Shown here in pieces: positions 35,898 to 46,209 of a stretch of 64,000 nt of DNA (positions are counted from its first letter, which is position 1; every line of letters starts with the position of its first letter). The notes beneath the pieces are model-generated. The model was not told where the DNA came from, did no database searches, and saw only the letters and a program-made list of their open reading frames with translations. Location of the stretch: IMG/VR virus record IMGVR_UViG_3300033076_001012, positions 1-64,000 of that record. One strand, written 5' to 3'. Origin of the DNA: a virus (lineage: Duplodnaviria > Caudoviricetes). Made by a program: the position numbers and the translations under genes.

Positions 35898-38414
35898 ATG
35901 AGTGATTCAACATATTCATCCACTTTCACAGCTGCTCAATTACCTCGTCAAAAACTACCAATATCTAAAAAAACAGATAGTTGGAGAAGACAGTGTATAG
36001 ATGCTGCTTTGCACATTGTAGGTATCTATGATAGTAATAGACGTTCTACAAGAGCAAGAAAACAAAAAAATTATGATTTGTTGAATGGAAAGTTCAATAG
36101 ACAAGATTTGGAATATGCTGCTAATCCTTTAGGAATTGAAGTAAACAATCTTAATTGGCCTGCAACTATGCAACCATATGATTGTTGGAATCCTATTTTT
36201 CAAACACTTTTTGGAGAAGAAGCCAAACGTCAAATGAGTTTTATAGTACGTGCAATTAATGATGATGCTATATCTGAAAAAGAAGAAGAGCAAAAAGAAC
36301 AAATATTACAAATATTACAACAAACTTTACAAAAATATATAGAAAATCCTGAAGAAAATCCTGAAGTTGATGAACAATTACAAAAATATTCATCAATGAA
36401 TTATCAGGATATGAGAGAGTCTATAGCTACAAAAATACTAACATATCTCAAGAAATCTTTAAATCTTGATATGATGTTTCAAAAAGGTTGGGAAGATGCT
36501 CTTGTAGCAGGAGAAGAAATATATGCTGTTGAAACATATGGTGGAGAACCAAGTGTACGTAGAGTTAATCCCTTAGAATTATATTTTCAACTGCCTCATA
36601 ATTCAGATATGATAGATGATGCAGAGGTTATAGTTGAACATACATATATGAGCATATCTCAAATCATAGATGTATTTTATGATAAACTAACACCTTCTGA
36701 GGTAGAGCAGTTGGAAGGAATGTTATCACAAGGAGATAATAATTTTCTACAAACAGCAGATGTTATTATCTTAAAAGAAGATATATCTATGGATAGTTAT
36801 GCTCACCGTTCAATAATGAGTGATCATAAAGGTAATCTTAGAGTATTTAAAGTTACATGGAAATCTAAAAAGAAAGTTGGTAAATTATCATATATAGATC
36901 CGACTACAGGCGAACAATTGGAAACAATTGTATCAGAGGATTTTAAAGTAGATAAAGAAAATCCAAATGAACACGTAGAATGGATGTGGATAAATGAATA
37001 TTGGGAAGGTTATAAAATAGGTAACGATATGTACCTTGAAATAAAACCTAAGCGTTTACAGTATCGTAGAATAGATAATATATCAGCTTGTAAAAGTGGA
37101 TATGCCGGTACAGTTTATAACTGTAACAACTCACAATCAGTATCCTTAATGGATAGACTTACTCCATTCATATACCTATATATAATTATGTGGTATAGAC
37201 TTGAGTTAGCAATTTCTAAAAATAAAGGAAAGATAGCTCTTATTGATGTGGCTCTTATTCCTGATGGTTGGGAAATGGATAAATGGTTATACTATGCTGA
37301 AACAATGGGTATAACATTTACCAACTCCTTTAACGAAGGTAAAAAAGGACAAGCTACTGGTAAACTTGCCGGAAACATGTCCCACTCAGGAAACCAATCT
37401 TTAGATTTAGAAACAGGTAATTTCATACAACATATAGTAACAACTCTTCAATTCATTGAACAAAAACTTCAAAAACTTTCAGGAGTATCTGATCAAAGAA
37501 TGGGAGATATTACACCTTCAGAACTTGTAGGTAATACAGAAAGAGCTGTTATACAATCATCCAATATTACAGAACGCTGGTTTCAAATACACAACTATAC
37601 TAAACAAAGAACTTTAGAACTACTTATAGAAGCTGCTAAACATGTCTGGTCACAAAAATCCAAAAAAATACAGTATGTCACAGATGACATGGCTACAGTA
37701 TTCTTTTCAGTTGATGGACCCCAGTTTAACAATGCAGAGTATGGTGTATTTGTATCTAACTCTATTAAAGATCAAGAGGCTCTTAATATTATTAAACAAC
37801 TTATGCAAGTTGCAATACAGAATGATAAAGTTGAACTTTCATCAGTAATAGATGTTTTATCAAGTGAATCGACAGCTGATATTAAAAATAAACTTCTTAA
37901 TGCTGAAGCTAAAAGAGCTGAGCAAATACAAGCTTCTCAACAACAACAATTAGAGCATGAGCAAATGCTTAAACAAATGGAGTTAGAAGAAAAACAAAAA
38001 GATAGAGATTTAGATCAGTATATAGCTGATGAGAATAACCGTACAAAAATAGAGGTTCAAGAAATAGCTAATTACTTTAAAGCTGCTGATACAGATTCTA
38101 ACAATAACGGTATTCCTGATCCAATTGAATTGGCAAATCATGCTCTTGAAAGACAACGTCTTGAATCAGATATGTTAACAGAAAGAATGAAAAATGACAG
38201 AGAAGCTCAAAAACATATTTCAGATCTTCAAGTTAAGCAAAGAGAACTTCTCCTCAAAGAAAAAGAACTTTTGGCAAAACAAAAAGATACTGAAAAGAAA
38301 GCTAAAACTGAAAAAGATAAAATTGAAGCTCAAAAAAAGATAGAGAAGTTAAAAGCTGATACTGCAATTAAGGTAGCAAAAATGAAACCTAAACCTGCAA
38401 ATAAAAAGAAATAA
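35898..38414 (+). CDS. portal protein
   Basis: LPRQKLPISKKT..W start typical of crAss portals; follows TerL; long C-terminal coiled coil. Confidence 0.9.
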   Translation: MSDSTYSSTFTAAQLPRQKLPISKKTDSWRRQCIDAALHIVGIYDSNRRSTRARKQKNYDLLNGKFNRQDLEYAANPLGIEVNNLNWPATMQPYDCWNPIFQTLFGEEAKRQMSFIVRAINDDAISEKEEEQKEQILQILQQTLQKYIENPEENPEVDEQLQKYSSMNYQDMRESIATKILTYLKKSLNLDMMFQKGWEDALVAGEEIYAVETYGGEPSVRRVNPLELYFQLPHNSDMIDDAEVIVEHTYMSISQIIDVFYDKLTPSEVEQLEGMLSQGDNNFLQTADVIILKEDISMDSYAHRSIMSDHKGNLRVFKVTWKSKKKVGKLSYIDPTTGEQLETIVSEDFKVDKENPNEHVEWMWINEYWEGYKIGNDMYLEIKPKRLQYRRIDNISACKSGYAGTVYNCNNSQSVSLMDRLTPFIYLYIIMWYRLELAISKNKGKIALIDVALIPDGWEMDKWLYYAETMGITFTNSFNEGKKGQATGKLAGNMSHSGNQSLDLETGNFIQHIVTTLQFIEQKLQKLSGVSDQRMGDITPSELVGNTERAVIQSSNITERWFQIHNYTKQRTLELLIEAAKHVWSQKSKKIQYVTDDMATVFFSVDGPQFNNAEYGVFVSNSIKDQEALNIIKQLMQVAIQNDKVELSSVIDVLSSESTADIKNKLLNAEAKRAEQIQASQQQQLEHEQMLKQMELEEKQKDRDLDQYIADENNRTKIEVQEIANYFKAADTDSNNNGIPDPIELANHALERQRLESDMLTERMKNDREAQKHISDLQVKQRELLLKEKELLAKQKDTEKKAKTEKDKIEAQKKIEKLKADTAIKVAKMKPKPANKKK

Positions 38415-38419
38415 GGAGA

Positions 38420-39175
38420 ATGTTTAGATCGTTGCCTGCAAAAGATAGAGTTGAATTAATGATGGCTTATAAGAAAACTAATCCATCATTATCATACTAT
38501 GATATGATAAAACAATTTAACTCAGAAGTAGAGGAGTATACTAAAGGTGGTAAGGTTAAACCTGCTCCCATAGATCCAAACCTCACTATTCTGCAACAAG
38601 AAATTGCTCCTCCCATACAAGATAATACTTTTGTACAACCTCCTATCATACAACAACCTCTTACTAAACAATCCTTAATAACTAAACAACAACCTCACAA
38701 ATTTAACAGACAAGAGTATACAGATAAGTTAAAAATATATACCAATAGAGAAAGTTTTAGTAAAAGTCCTTTAAAAGGAAGAGAACATCTTATAACAAAA
38801 GCTGTAGAAGATTCTTATAATCTAACAGGTGTAGAGATACCTCCTGAATTTATGTTAACTCAGGGACAACAAGAAACACAACTTGGTACTAAACTTAAAT
38901 CCAGAAATAATATATGGAATGTTGGTAACTATGATGATGGTAGAGTAAAACATTATAAAAATGTATATGATGCTGCTTTAGATTATTCTAATTTAATTGC
39001 TAAAGACTATCTTAGAAATGGTAAAAAGACAATAGACGATTTATTATCTCCAGGAGGATATGTAAATTTTGACAATAAAAGATATGCTTCAGATCCAAAT
39101 TATGAAAATAAAATATCTAAAATGATGGACTATACTAAAAGATATATAAAAAATAGATATAAAAAATCTCAATAA
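38420..39175 (+). CDS. lysozyme-like (GH73/FlgJ-type) peptidoglycan hydrolase
   Basis: QGQQETQLG, NNIWNVG, YASDPNY. Confidence 0.7.
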   Translation: MFRSLPAKDRVELMMAYKKTNPSLSYYDMIKQFNSEVEEYTKGGKVKPAPIDPNLTILQQEIAPPIQDNTFVQPPIIQQPLTKQSLITKQQPHKFNRQEYTDKLKIYTNRESFSKSPLKGREHLITKAVEDSYNLTGVEIPPEFMLTQGQQETQLGTKLKSRNNIWNVGNYDDGRVKHYKNVYDAALDYSNLIAKDYLRNGKKTIDDLLSPGGYVNFDNKRYASDPNYENKISKMMDYTKRYIKNRYKKSQ

Positions 39176-39234
39176 TGCTATAAAAACAATCTGTTATATA
39201 TTAACAGCATATTGTAATCTGATTATCAATCAAT

Positions 39235-39242
39235 TATATTTG
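39235..39242 (+). promoter_or_regulatory. Bacteroidota sigma-A -7 element
   Basis: TATATTTG 22 nt upstream of the scaffold gene. Confidence 0.65.
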
Positions 39243-39263
39243 TAATTTAAACATAAATTAACT

Positions 39264-40589
39264 ATGCCAACAAATGATGGAGGAGGTTTTAACCTCAGTG
39301 TGCTGGAGAACGCGGCAAAATTCAATGAATCTTTAGACTTTAATCCAAATATTGAAAGTATTGAAGAACTTGGTAATATGGATAGCTCAACTAATAAAAC
39401 AGTTGACACCACAGAGTCTAAAACCCAAAATAAAGAAAAGGGTAAAGAAACCAAGAACCAAACTGGAGATGATGATACTTTTAGCGAGTATCAGGAACAA
39501 GAGATTGATAGTATAGAGGATCTTGATAAGATTGATAGTGAAAATAAAAAAACTGTTAAGGAAGTAGAAGAAGATAAAGATAATGCTAAATCTACTACTA
39601 AAACAGATAATAAAGAAATAAAAGCTGATAAAGATTCTGCTAAAGAATCATCAACACCTAAAACTTTAAATGCTTTAAAGGTGTTTGGTGAAAACTTGGC
39701 AGAAAGTGGAGTTATAGACTTTAGTTCTGAAGAATTTGAAAAATCATCTGATAAAGATGAATACTTTACTACTAAAGTAGCTGAACGTATAGCCAAAGGA
39801 GCTGAAGAGTTATTTAATGAACGCATAGGAGAACTTCCTGCTGAAATTGAAGAACTTGTAAAATTACATAAAGAAGGTGTTCCTCTTCATTCAATACTTG
39901 AAGCTGATAAACGTATAGATGCTTATGAGAAAATATCCTCAGAAACTTTAAAAGAGGATGAAATTCTACAAAAGCAGCTTGTACAAGATTTATTAGAAGC
40001 TCAAGGTATTCCTAAGGAAAAAATACCAGCAAAACTTAAACGTTTTGAAGATTTAGGTATCTTAGAAGATGAAGCAAATGATGCTTTAGAAACCTTGAAA
40101 ACTTATGAAAAGGAATCTAAAGAAGAAATGATTAGACAGGAGAAAACAAAAGCCAAACAACAAAAGGATGCTTTTGAAGCAAGAATTAAAAGTATTGAAG
40201 ATACTATAAATTCCAAGTCTGAAATATTAGGAATACAATTAAATAAAGATACTAAAAAGAAATTAATAGATGGTATCTTAAAACCAGTGGGTAAAACAGC
40301 TGATGGAAAAGCATATAATGCTATTCAGAAAGCAAGAATGGATGACCCAGAGTATGATTTAAAAGTAGCAGCTTTTACTATTTTATTAGGAACAAATCTT
40401 GATAAGATTGAAAAGAAAGCTGAGACAAAAGCAGTTCGTAAACTATCATCTGTAATTGATGAAGAACCTAAAATATCTAAATCTGGTTATTCAACAAGAG
40501 GTGAAGTTGATGATGAAAATAGAGTTGATGTAAACACTATAAAAGGTGCTCTCGACTTCTTAAAAAGAAAAAACAGTATTTATAAATAA
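39264..40589 (+). CDS. putative capsid scaffolding protein
   Basis: Highly acidic, coiled-coil; directly upstream of the major capsid gene. Confidence 0.7.
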   Translation: MPTNDGGGFNLSVLENAAKFNESLDFNPNIESIEELGNMDSSTNKTVDTTESKTQNKEKGKETKNQTGDDDTFSEYQEQEIDSIEDLDKIDSENKKTVKEVEEDKDNAKSTTKTDNKEIKADKDSAKESSTPKTLNALKVFGENLAESGVIDFSSEEFEKSSDKDEYFTTKVAERIAKGAEELFNERIGELPAEIEELVKLHKEGVPLHSILEADKRIDAYEKISSETLKEDEILQKQLVQDLLEAQGIPKEKIPAKLKRFEDLGILEDEANDALETLKTYEKESKEEMIRQEKTKAKQQKDAFEARIKSIEDTINSKSEILGIQLNKDTKKKLIDGILKPVGKTADGKAYNAIQKARMDDPEYDLKVAAFTILLGTNLDKIEKKAETKAVRKLSSVIDEEPKISKSGYSTRGEVDDENRVDVNTIKGALDFLKRKNSIYK

Positions 40590-40623
40590 TTAACAATAAA
40601 CAATTAACCAAAACAATTAACTA

Positions 40624-42072
40624 ATGGCACAAACAATCAGTCCACTACAGGTCTATTTTCCAAAATCTTGGAGCGGCCTTACAACTGATAATCATTTGGC
40701 TGCAATTTTTGCAAGTCAGCCACAACTTGTATCTGATGTAATTTCAAGAGTATTTGGAATGAACCAATACAAAGGGCTTGATTATCTGCTTACTAACATC
40801 GGTACTAAAGAATTAGATACTGATGCAGATTATGAATGGATGCTTAAAGGAGATGACAGGAAAGCAGTAAACATTGTTTCCTATACAGCTCTTGACACCA
40901 CTCGTGCTGGTATCAACCAGTCTCTTTTCACTATTGAATTAGATGAAAAATATTTCCAATTATCAGATACTCTTATCTTTGATGATCGTGAATATCAAGT
41001 ACGTGTAATGACTGAACCGGAAGCTAATGGTGTAAACTGGTTATATACCGTACAGTTAGTAACTAACGATAACACTAAATTTGTTCCTGCTGCTCAATTA
41101 GCTGCTGGTAAACGTGTATCTAAACTTTACTCTATTCAGGAGCGTACACTTAACCGTACTTACGGATCAACTAGTTTCAGTTCTCCTTTCAAAATGCGTA
41201 ACATCTTCTCCACTCTTGGAAAAGAATTTACTGTTCCTGGAAACATGCATGATCGTCCAATGGTATTCTCTATGTTAGATCCTAAATCTAACAAGCGTAC
41301 TAATATGTGGACTAAATATGCTGAATGGGAAATGCTTTGTCAGTGGGTACGTGAGAAAGAAAACAACTTGATTTACTCCCGTTTTAATCAAAATTCTAAC
41401 GGAAGTTTCTCAATGAAAGGTTCAAGCGGATTCCCAATCATGTCTGGTGCAGGTCTTCGTGAACAAATCTCTCCATCTTATAAATTCTACTACTCTACTT
41501 TCACTATTGATTATTTGACAGAAGTTCTTTTGAACCTTTCTATCAATATTCTTCCAGAAGACAAACGTGAGTTTGTACTTTTAACTGGTGAGCGTGGAAT
41601 GGTACAATTCCATAAAGCAATGGAGAATAAAGTTGCTTTATTCCAACCTCTAGGTAACCCAAGCCGTTTATTTGGTTCAGGTCAAAACTTAGGATTTGGT
41701 GGTCAATATGTATCTTATAAAGGTCCTCAAGGTATTGTAGTATCTGTAGTATCTATTCCTCAATACAATGATACTATTGATAATCGTACATCACATCCTG
41801 ATGGAGGCTTCACTGAAAACTATCGTTATACCATCTTAAACTTTGGTACAACTGAAGGTGAACCTAACATTACTAAAGTATACCCTAAAGGACGTAAAGA
41901 CCTTATGTGGCATATTGCTGGTTCAACTACTCCTTTTGGTCCTAACACTAGCTTCAACACTGGTGCTGCATCAAAAGTTGATGGTTATGAATTAATGATG
42001 TTTACTACTCAGGGTATTATGATTAAAAACCCAATGAGTTGTGCTGAATTAATTTACAATAGCTCAAACTAA
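40624..42072 (+). CDS. major capsid protein (crAss-type)
   Basis: WSGLTTDNHL, YEWML, SGAGLREQI, VDGYE...GIMIKNP; followed by a strong terminator. Confidence 0.92.
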   Translation: MAQTISPLQVYFPKSWSGLTTDNHLAAIFASQPQLVSDVISRVFGMNQYKGLDYLLTNIGTKELDTDADYEWMLKGDDRKAVNIVSYTALDTTRAGINQSLFTIELDEKYFQLSDTLIFDDREYQVRVMTEPEANGVNWLYTVQLVTNDNTKFVPAAQLAAGKRVSKLYSIQERTLNRTYGSTSFSSPFKMRNIFSTLGKEFTVPGNMHDRPMVFSMLDPKSNKRTNMWTKYAEWEMLCQWVREKENNLIYSRFNQNSNGSFSMKGSSGFPIMSGAGLREQISPSYKFYYSTFTIDYLTEVLLNLSINILPEDKREFVLLTGERGMVQFHKAMENKVALFQPLGNPSRLFGSGQNLGFGGQYVSYKGPQGIVVSVVSIPQYNDTIDNRTSHPDGGFTENYRYTILNFGTTEGEPNITKVYPKGRKDLMWHIAGSTTPFGPNTSFNTGAASKVDGYELMMFTTQGIMIKNPMSCAELIYNSSN

Positions 42073-42081
42073 TAAATAACT

Positions 42082-42115
42082 AATAACTACAGGGTAAACA
42101 ATCCCTGTAGTTATT
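42082..42115 (+). terminator. intrinsic terminator after the capsid gene
   Basis: aataactacaggg/ccctgtagttatt followed by a T run. Confidence 0.8.
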
Positions 42116-42163
42116 TTTATAATTTTAAATTAAAAAGATTAAACAAATTAAATAAATAAAGTT

Positions 42164-43009
42164 ATGTCAAGTGAAGTAAAGGAAAGTGTAGTTGGAATAA
42201 AGACAGTAACTGTTAAACCTATTAAACGTAGAGGTTGGTTACCGGAAGGTCACGATGGTGAGTATAGATTCACAGGAACAAGAATATTTTTTCAACCTGA
42301 AACAGATTCTAAAACTCGCCAATTAAAAACAGGTCTTACAGAAGAAGATGAACGTAGACTTGAAAAATTGATGCATATGACCCCAGGAACATTAAATAAA
42401 TATAATAAAGACTTTTGGGGTAATAATTTAATGAGTATTCCAAAAGAAGGTAAAACTTATTATTTAGATAATCCAAAAGATGAACTTGAATATAAAGTTT
42501 TAATTAATTGGTCAAAAGTAGCTCCTTCACAAGCAGCTGTGATTGATTGTCCTGAAGCAATATTCTTCTTATCAAATGTAGAAGAGGATGCTAAAAAGGA
42601 AGTTGTAAAGGCTAATATTGAAATGAAAGCAATGAAGACATTTGGAAAATTATCAACAGATGATATGAAAAATGTTCTTAAAATATATACCCAATTAGAA
42701 GGTAAATCTACTGGTAAAATAACAAAAGACATGTCAGTAGACTTCATATCTTCAACCTTATATAAAAAGGTTAAAGAAAATCCTGAAGAGTTCCTTCGCA
42801 TTGTAGAAGATCCATCATTTGAAACTCGTGTTTTAATTGATGATTTAGTGTCTAATAGAATACTTACTAAGTCAGGAAGTAAATATATTATAACTGGTGG
42901 AGACGTATTAGCACCAACACTTGAAGCAACTGTGGACTATTTAAAAGATCCACATAATCAAGATGTTTTGTTAACATTGATTCAAAAGTTAAAATCTATT
43001 AACCAATAG
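42164..43009 (+). CDS. conserved crAss-type protein downstream of the capsid gene
   Basis: KTGLTEEDERRLEK...FWG...LDNPKDEL.YK pattern and conserved position. Confidence 0.7.
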   Translation: MSSEVKESVVGIKTVTVKPIKRRGWLPEGHDGEYRFTGTRIFFQPETDSKTRQLKTGLTEEDERRLEKLMHMTPGTLNKYNKDFWGNNLMSIPKEGKTYYLDNPKDELEYKVLINWSKVAPSQAAVIDCPEAIFFLSNVEEDAKKEVVKANIEMKAMKTFGKLSTDDMKNVLKIYTQLEGKSTGKITKDMSVDFISSTLYKKVKENPEEFLRIVEDPSFETRVLIDDLVSNRILTKSGSKYIITGGDVLAPTLEATVDYLKDPHNQDVLLTLIQKLKSINQ

Positions 43010-43016
43010 ATAGACA

Positions 43017-43721
43017 ATGACCGTATCAGAAATGCATACAAACTTTAAGATTATCTATGATAAAACAGATAGTCTTAACTACCCAAACTTCCTACCGGAA
43101 GAAGTAGATGTGTTTCTGAACAATGCTCAGGATAAATTTATTGAACAAAGAGCATATGGTAACAATGCAAGGAGAGAAGGACTGGAAGAAACCCAAAAGA
43201 GAGCTGATGATATCAGGGAGGTTATAAAAAACTATACCACCAGTCCTTCTACCTCCTCATCTGCTAATAAACCTAATGGAAGATTTGTAACACTTCCAAC
43301 AGATTATAGACATGCAATTCAGGAAGAAGTTCTGATAAGTTATACAGACTGTAATGATGTTACACAAAGTAAAACTGTAGAAGTAATACCTCTTACACAT
43401 GATAGATATAATAGAGCCATTAATGATCCTTTTAACAAACCTAATACAGATAAAGTATTAAGACTTGTATATGAAGGTGGACAATTTGAATTATTATTTG
43501 CTCAAGGAACATCTATAACAACTTATAGATTGAGATATATAAAAACACCTCAACGTATAAGATATGGAACAGTGTATAGTACACCAACAACTAATCAAGA
43601 TTGTGAATTGGCAGATCATACACATATTGAAATTGTAAACTTAGCTGCTCAGATGGCATTAGAAAATATTAATGCTCCAAGAACACAAAGTTTTACAGGA
43701 CTTGTAAATACTCAAGAATAA
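43017..43721 (+). CDS. tail ring / head-tail adaptor protein
   Basis: MH..F....DK.DS...P.F.PEE.D.FLN.AQ...Y.RYIK.P...CEL..HTH.EIV..A. Confidence 0.75.
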   Translation: MTVSEMHTNFKIIYDKTDSLNYPNFLPEEVDVFLNNAQDKFIEQRAYGNNARREGLEETQKRADDIREVIKNYTTSPSTSSSANKPNGRFVTLPTDYRHAIQEEVLISYTDCNDVTQSKTVEVIPLTHDRYNRAINDPFNKPNTDKVLRLVYEGGQFELLFAQGTSITTYRLRYIKTPQRIRYGTVYSTPTTNQDCELADHTHIEIVNLAAQMALENINAPRTQSFTGLVNTQE

Positions 43722-43749
43722 ACTAACAATAACCAAATATTTTAAAAAA

Positions 43750-44256
43750 ATGGCAAATGTACCAACAATAGCAAGCACAAACAGGGCGACTGTTCCTGGA
43801 ATTGGAGCTTTAGCTAATCAACCTGTAAAAGCAGGTGACTTTAATCCACTTGTAGATCGTGTAAATTCTATTGCTTCAGATGCTAATACAATTTCAGCAA
43901 CTACAGGTACAATAACAACTCTTGCTACAACTACACCAACAGTAACTAAAGGAACTGTAACACAAGCTACAAGTATTACCACCGGTGTAACTGTTAATGC
44001 AAGCGCTGGTGTAATTACAACAGTGGCTCTAACTACAGCTGCTGGTGCTCAAGAATCACCTTTTGTAGTAACTAACTCAGCTGTAGCTACCACTTCTGTA
44101 GTTATTTTAACTACAGAATATGCTAATGGTAAAACAGGAACTCCTATAGCTATAGCAGAAGCTGTATCAGCAGGTTCTTTTAGTGTACGTATTCTTAACG
44201 GTAAAGCATCTGGAGCACTTAACGATGTAGTTAAAGTACACTTTTTAATAGTTTAA
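43750..44256 (+). CDS. virion structural protein (fibre/decoration)
   Basis: T/A/V-rich; shares the VTQATSITTGVT.N...GVITT domain with 47034-48668. Confidence 0.6.
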   Translation: MANVPTIASTNRATVPGIGALANQPVKAGDFNPLVDRVNSIASDANTISATTGTITTLATTTPTVTKGTVTQATSITTGVTVNASAGVITTVALTTAAGAQESPFVVTNSAVATTSVVILTTEYANGKTGTPIAIAEAVSAGSFSVRILNGKASGALNDVVKVHFLIV

Positions 44257-44280
44257 TTTGGATATAATAAACATTTGTTG

Positions 44281-44288
44281 TATATTTG
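44281..44288 (+). promoter_or_regulatory. Bacteroidota sigma-A -7 element
   Basis: TATATTTG with tttg upstream. Confidence 0.6.
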
Positions 44289-44353
44289 CAACACTTTATA
44301 AATAAAAATAACTAACCCTTAGTGGTAATTAAAAACAAAAAAAACAAAACAAA

Positions 44354-45595
44354 ATGTTATCTAACGGATTATTTAACACATTAATCGGTAAGTCAATTAG
44401 CCGTACAGCAAGTGTACAAGCTTATGACCCAACAGCATCAGGCTTTTTGGCTGATGGAGAAGTAGTTGTTCTTGATAAAACAGGAGCTGCTCTAACACCT
44501 GGAAACACTGTATCAGACAGTGATTTTATTACTATTGTACAACGCTCTGGAGCAACTGCTTCTACAAGTACTGTAAAACGTTCTGTACGTATTCAAGGAG
44601 CCAATGTAACTTCTTTTAAAGGAAAATCTTACACTGCTGCTGCTGAACAAGTATCTTATGTGGGCTATAATGGAACTTCAGGTTCTATTGAAGCTTTAAA
44701 TAGCAATACTTACCAACTACGCATTAACTTTAAACATGATAAAGAAATGTGGAGTGAGCAAAACAATATTAACTATAACGAATATACATCTGATTCTTCA
44801 GCTACACAAGCTGAGATTGCGGCTGCCTTTGCTAAAAAATTCACTGCTCCATATCCTTCATCTAATGCTGATATTAAAGTAGAGCGTGTATGTGATGGAA
44901 CTGCTACAGCTTTAGGTTCTTCTCGTACACTTACTGTTACTAATGGTTCTACCACTGTAACAGCATCAGGTTCTGGACATAACTTAGTTGCTGGTGATGT
45001 AGTAAAAATTGGTGGTAACGCTACTACAGATCCTGCATATCTTGTAGCATCTGTATCAGGTAGTACAACTATTGTACTTGATAGCGCTTTCCAAGGATCG
45101 AGTGCAAGTGGTGTTTCAGCTTATGAAATGTCTTCTATCACTTCTTGGGGATTGAAAATTACAGGTAAAGCTCTTACCTTCTCTATCCCAATGTTCAGCA
45201 CTTACATGAAAGTTGCATTTGATGTTACTCTTGGTAACTTTGGTACAACTACTGTAACTGATTCAACTGCTCCTTCTAAAGGAAATGGTACATATGAACA
45301 TGCTGCTGTGAGTGAATATTTCTCATTGGGATATGATGGATTCTTATCTACACGTAATGCGGTTCCTGCACAACCTGTACCTTTCTCAGATGCAACAAGT
45401 GGAACAAACTACGATGTTATCTCAATTGAAGGATACCTTGTAGAAGATGTTAGTGTTATTTCTGGAGCAAAACCTGCAAAATTTCAAGTACACATCTTTA
45501 TGGTAGATGGAGCTTCTCAAACAACTAATTTGTTGGCTCAATTAAATCCTTGGATGGCTTCTTGCCCTAAAACTTTTGCTAATATTACAGTTTAA
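44354..45595 (+). CDS. putative auxiliary capsid protein
   Basis: Ser/Thr-rich beta protein with GEVVV and EQVSYVG motifs; own promoter and terminator. Confidence 0.55.
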   Translation: MLSNGLFNTLIGKSISRTASVQAYDPTASGFLADGEVVVLDKTGAALTPGNTVSDSDFITIVQRSGATASTSTVKRSVRIQGANVTSFKGKSYTAAAEQVSYVGYNGTSGSIEALNSNTYQLRINFKHDKEMWSEQNNINYNEYTSDSSATQAEIAAAFAKKFTAPYPSSNADIKVERVCDGTATALGSSRTLTVTNGSTTVTASGSGHNLVAGDVVKIGGNATTDPAYLVASVSGSTTIVLDSAFQGSSASGVSAYEMSSITSWGLKITGKALTFSIPMFSTYMKVAFDVTLGNFGTTTVTDSTAPSKGNGTYEHAAVSEYFSLGYDGFLSTRNAVPAQPVPFSDATSGTNYDVISIEGYLVEDVSVISGAKPAKFQVHIFMVDGASQTTNLLAQLNPWMASCPKTFANITV

Positions 45596-45605
45596 TAGTT
45601 AAATT

Positions 45606-45638
45606 ATAACCTCACTACTTAATGAGTAGTGAGGTTAT
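45606..45638 (+). terminator. intrinsic terminator
   Basis: ataacctcactact/agtagtgaggttat followed by a T run. Confidence 0.8.
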
Positions 45639-45701
45639 TTTAACATTTTAGACATGATCAACTAAACAATTTACTAATCTTATTTAAAATATAAATAAAA
45701 A

Positions 45702-46115
45702 ATGGCTAACGAAAAAACAAGAAAAAGAGTAGCGAAAGCAACTTATGATTTTTCTGTAGATGGTGGAGCAGTATCAACAATAACTCCAGCTATTACTGAA
45801 ATTATTCCAACAGGTGCAATTGTTACCGATGTAATTATTGATATGACTACAGCACTAACCTCTGGTGGATCTGCTACAGTAGCAGTTACAGCAGGAGGTG
45901 TTACAATTCAAGGAGCAGTTGACTATAACCAATTACCGTATAGTGGTACAGGTTTAGGACACGTATTACGTGCAGGAGCTTCAGGAGCTACTGGTGTAAC
46001 TACTGCACTATATCTTCCAATTAAAACTACTTCTGATGCAGCAATTAAAGTTGCAATTGCAACAGCTGCTTTAACAGCTGGAAAATTTAATGTATTCGTA
46101 GAATACACTCTTTAA
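45702..46115 (+). CDS. virion structural/decoration protein
   Basis: YDFSVDGGA...IPTGAIVTDV...GKFNVFVEY. Confidence 0.6.
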   Translation: MANEKTRKRVAKATYDFSVDGGAVSTITPAITEIIPTGAIVTDVIIDMTTALTSGGSATVAVTAGGVTIQGAVDYNQLPYSGTGLGHVLRAGASGATGVTTALYLPIKTTSDAAIKVAIATAALTAGKFNVFVEYTL

Positions 46116-46136
46116 TTATTCTAATTGTATAGTATA

Positions 46137-46162
46137 ATAAGGAGAGAACATACTCTCCTTAT
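46137..46162 (+). terminator. intrinsic terminator
   Basis: ataaggagag/ctctccttat. Confidence 0.65.
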
Positions 46163-46209
46163 TTACTTTATACTCTAACTAAAACATTAACGTATTAATA
46201 ATCAATCTA

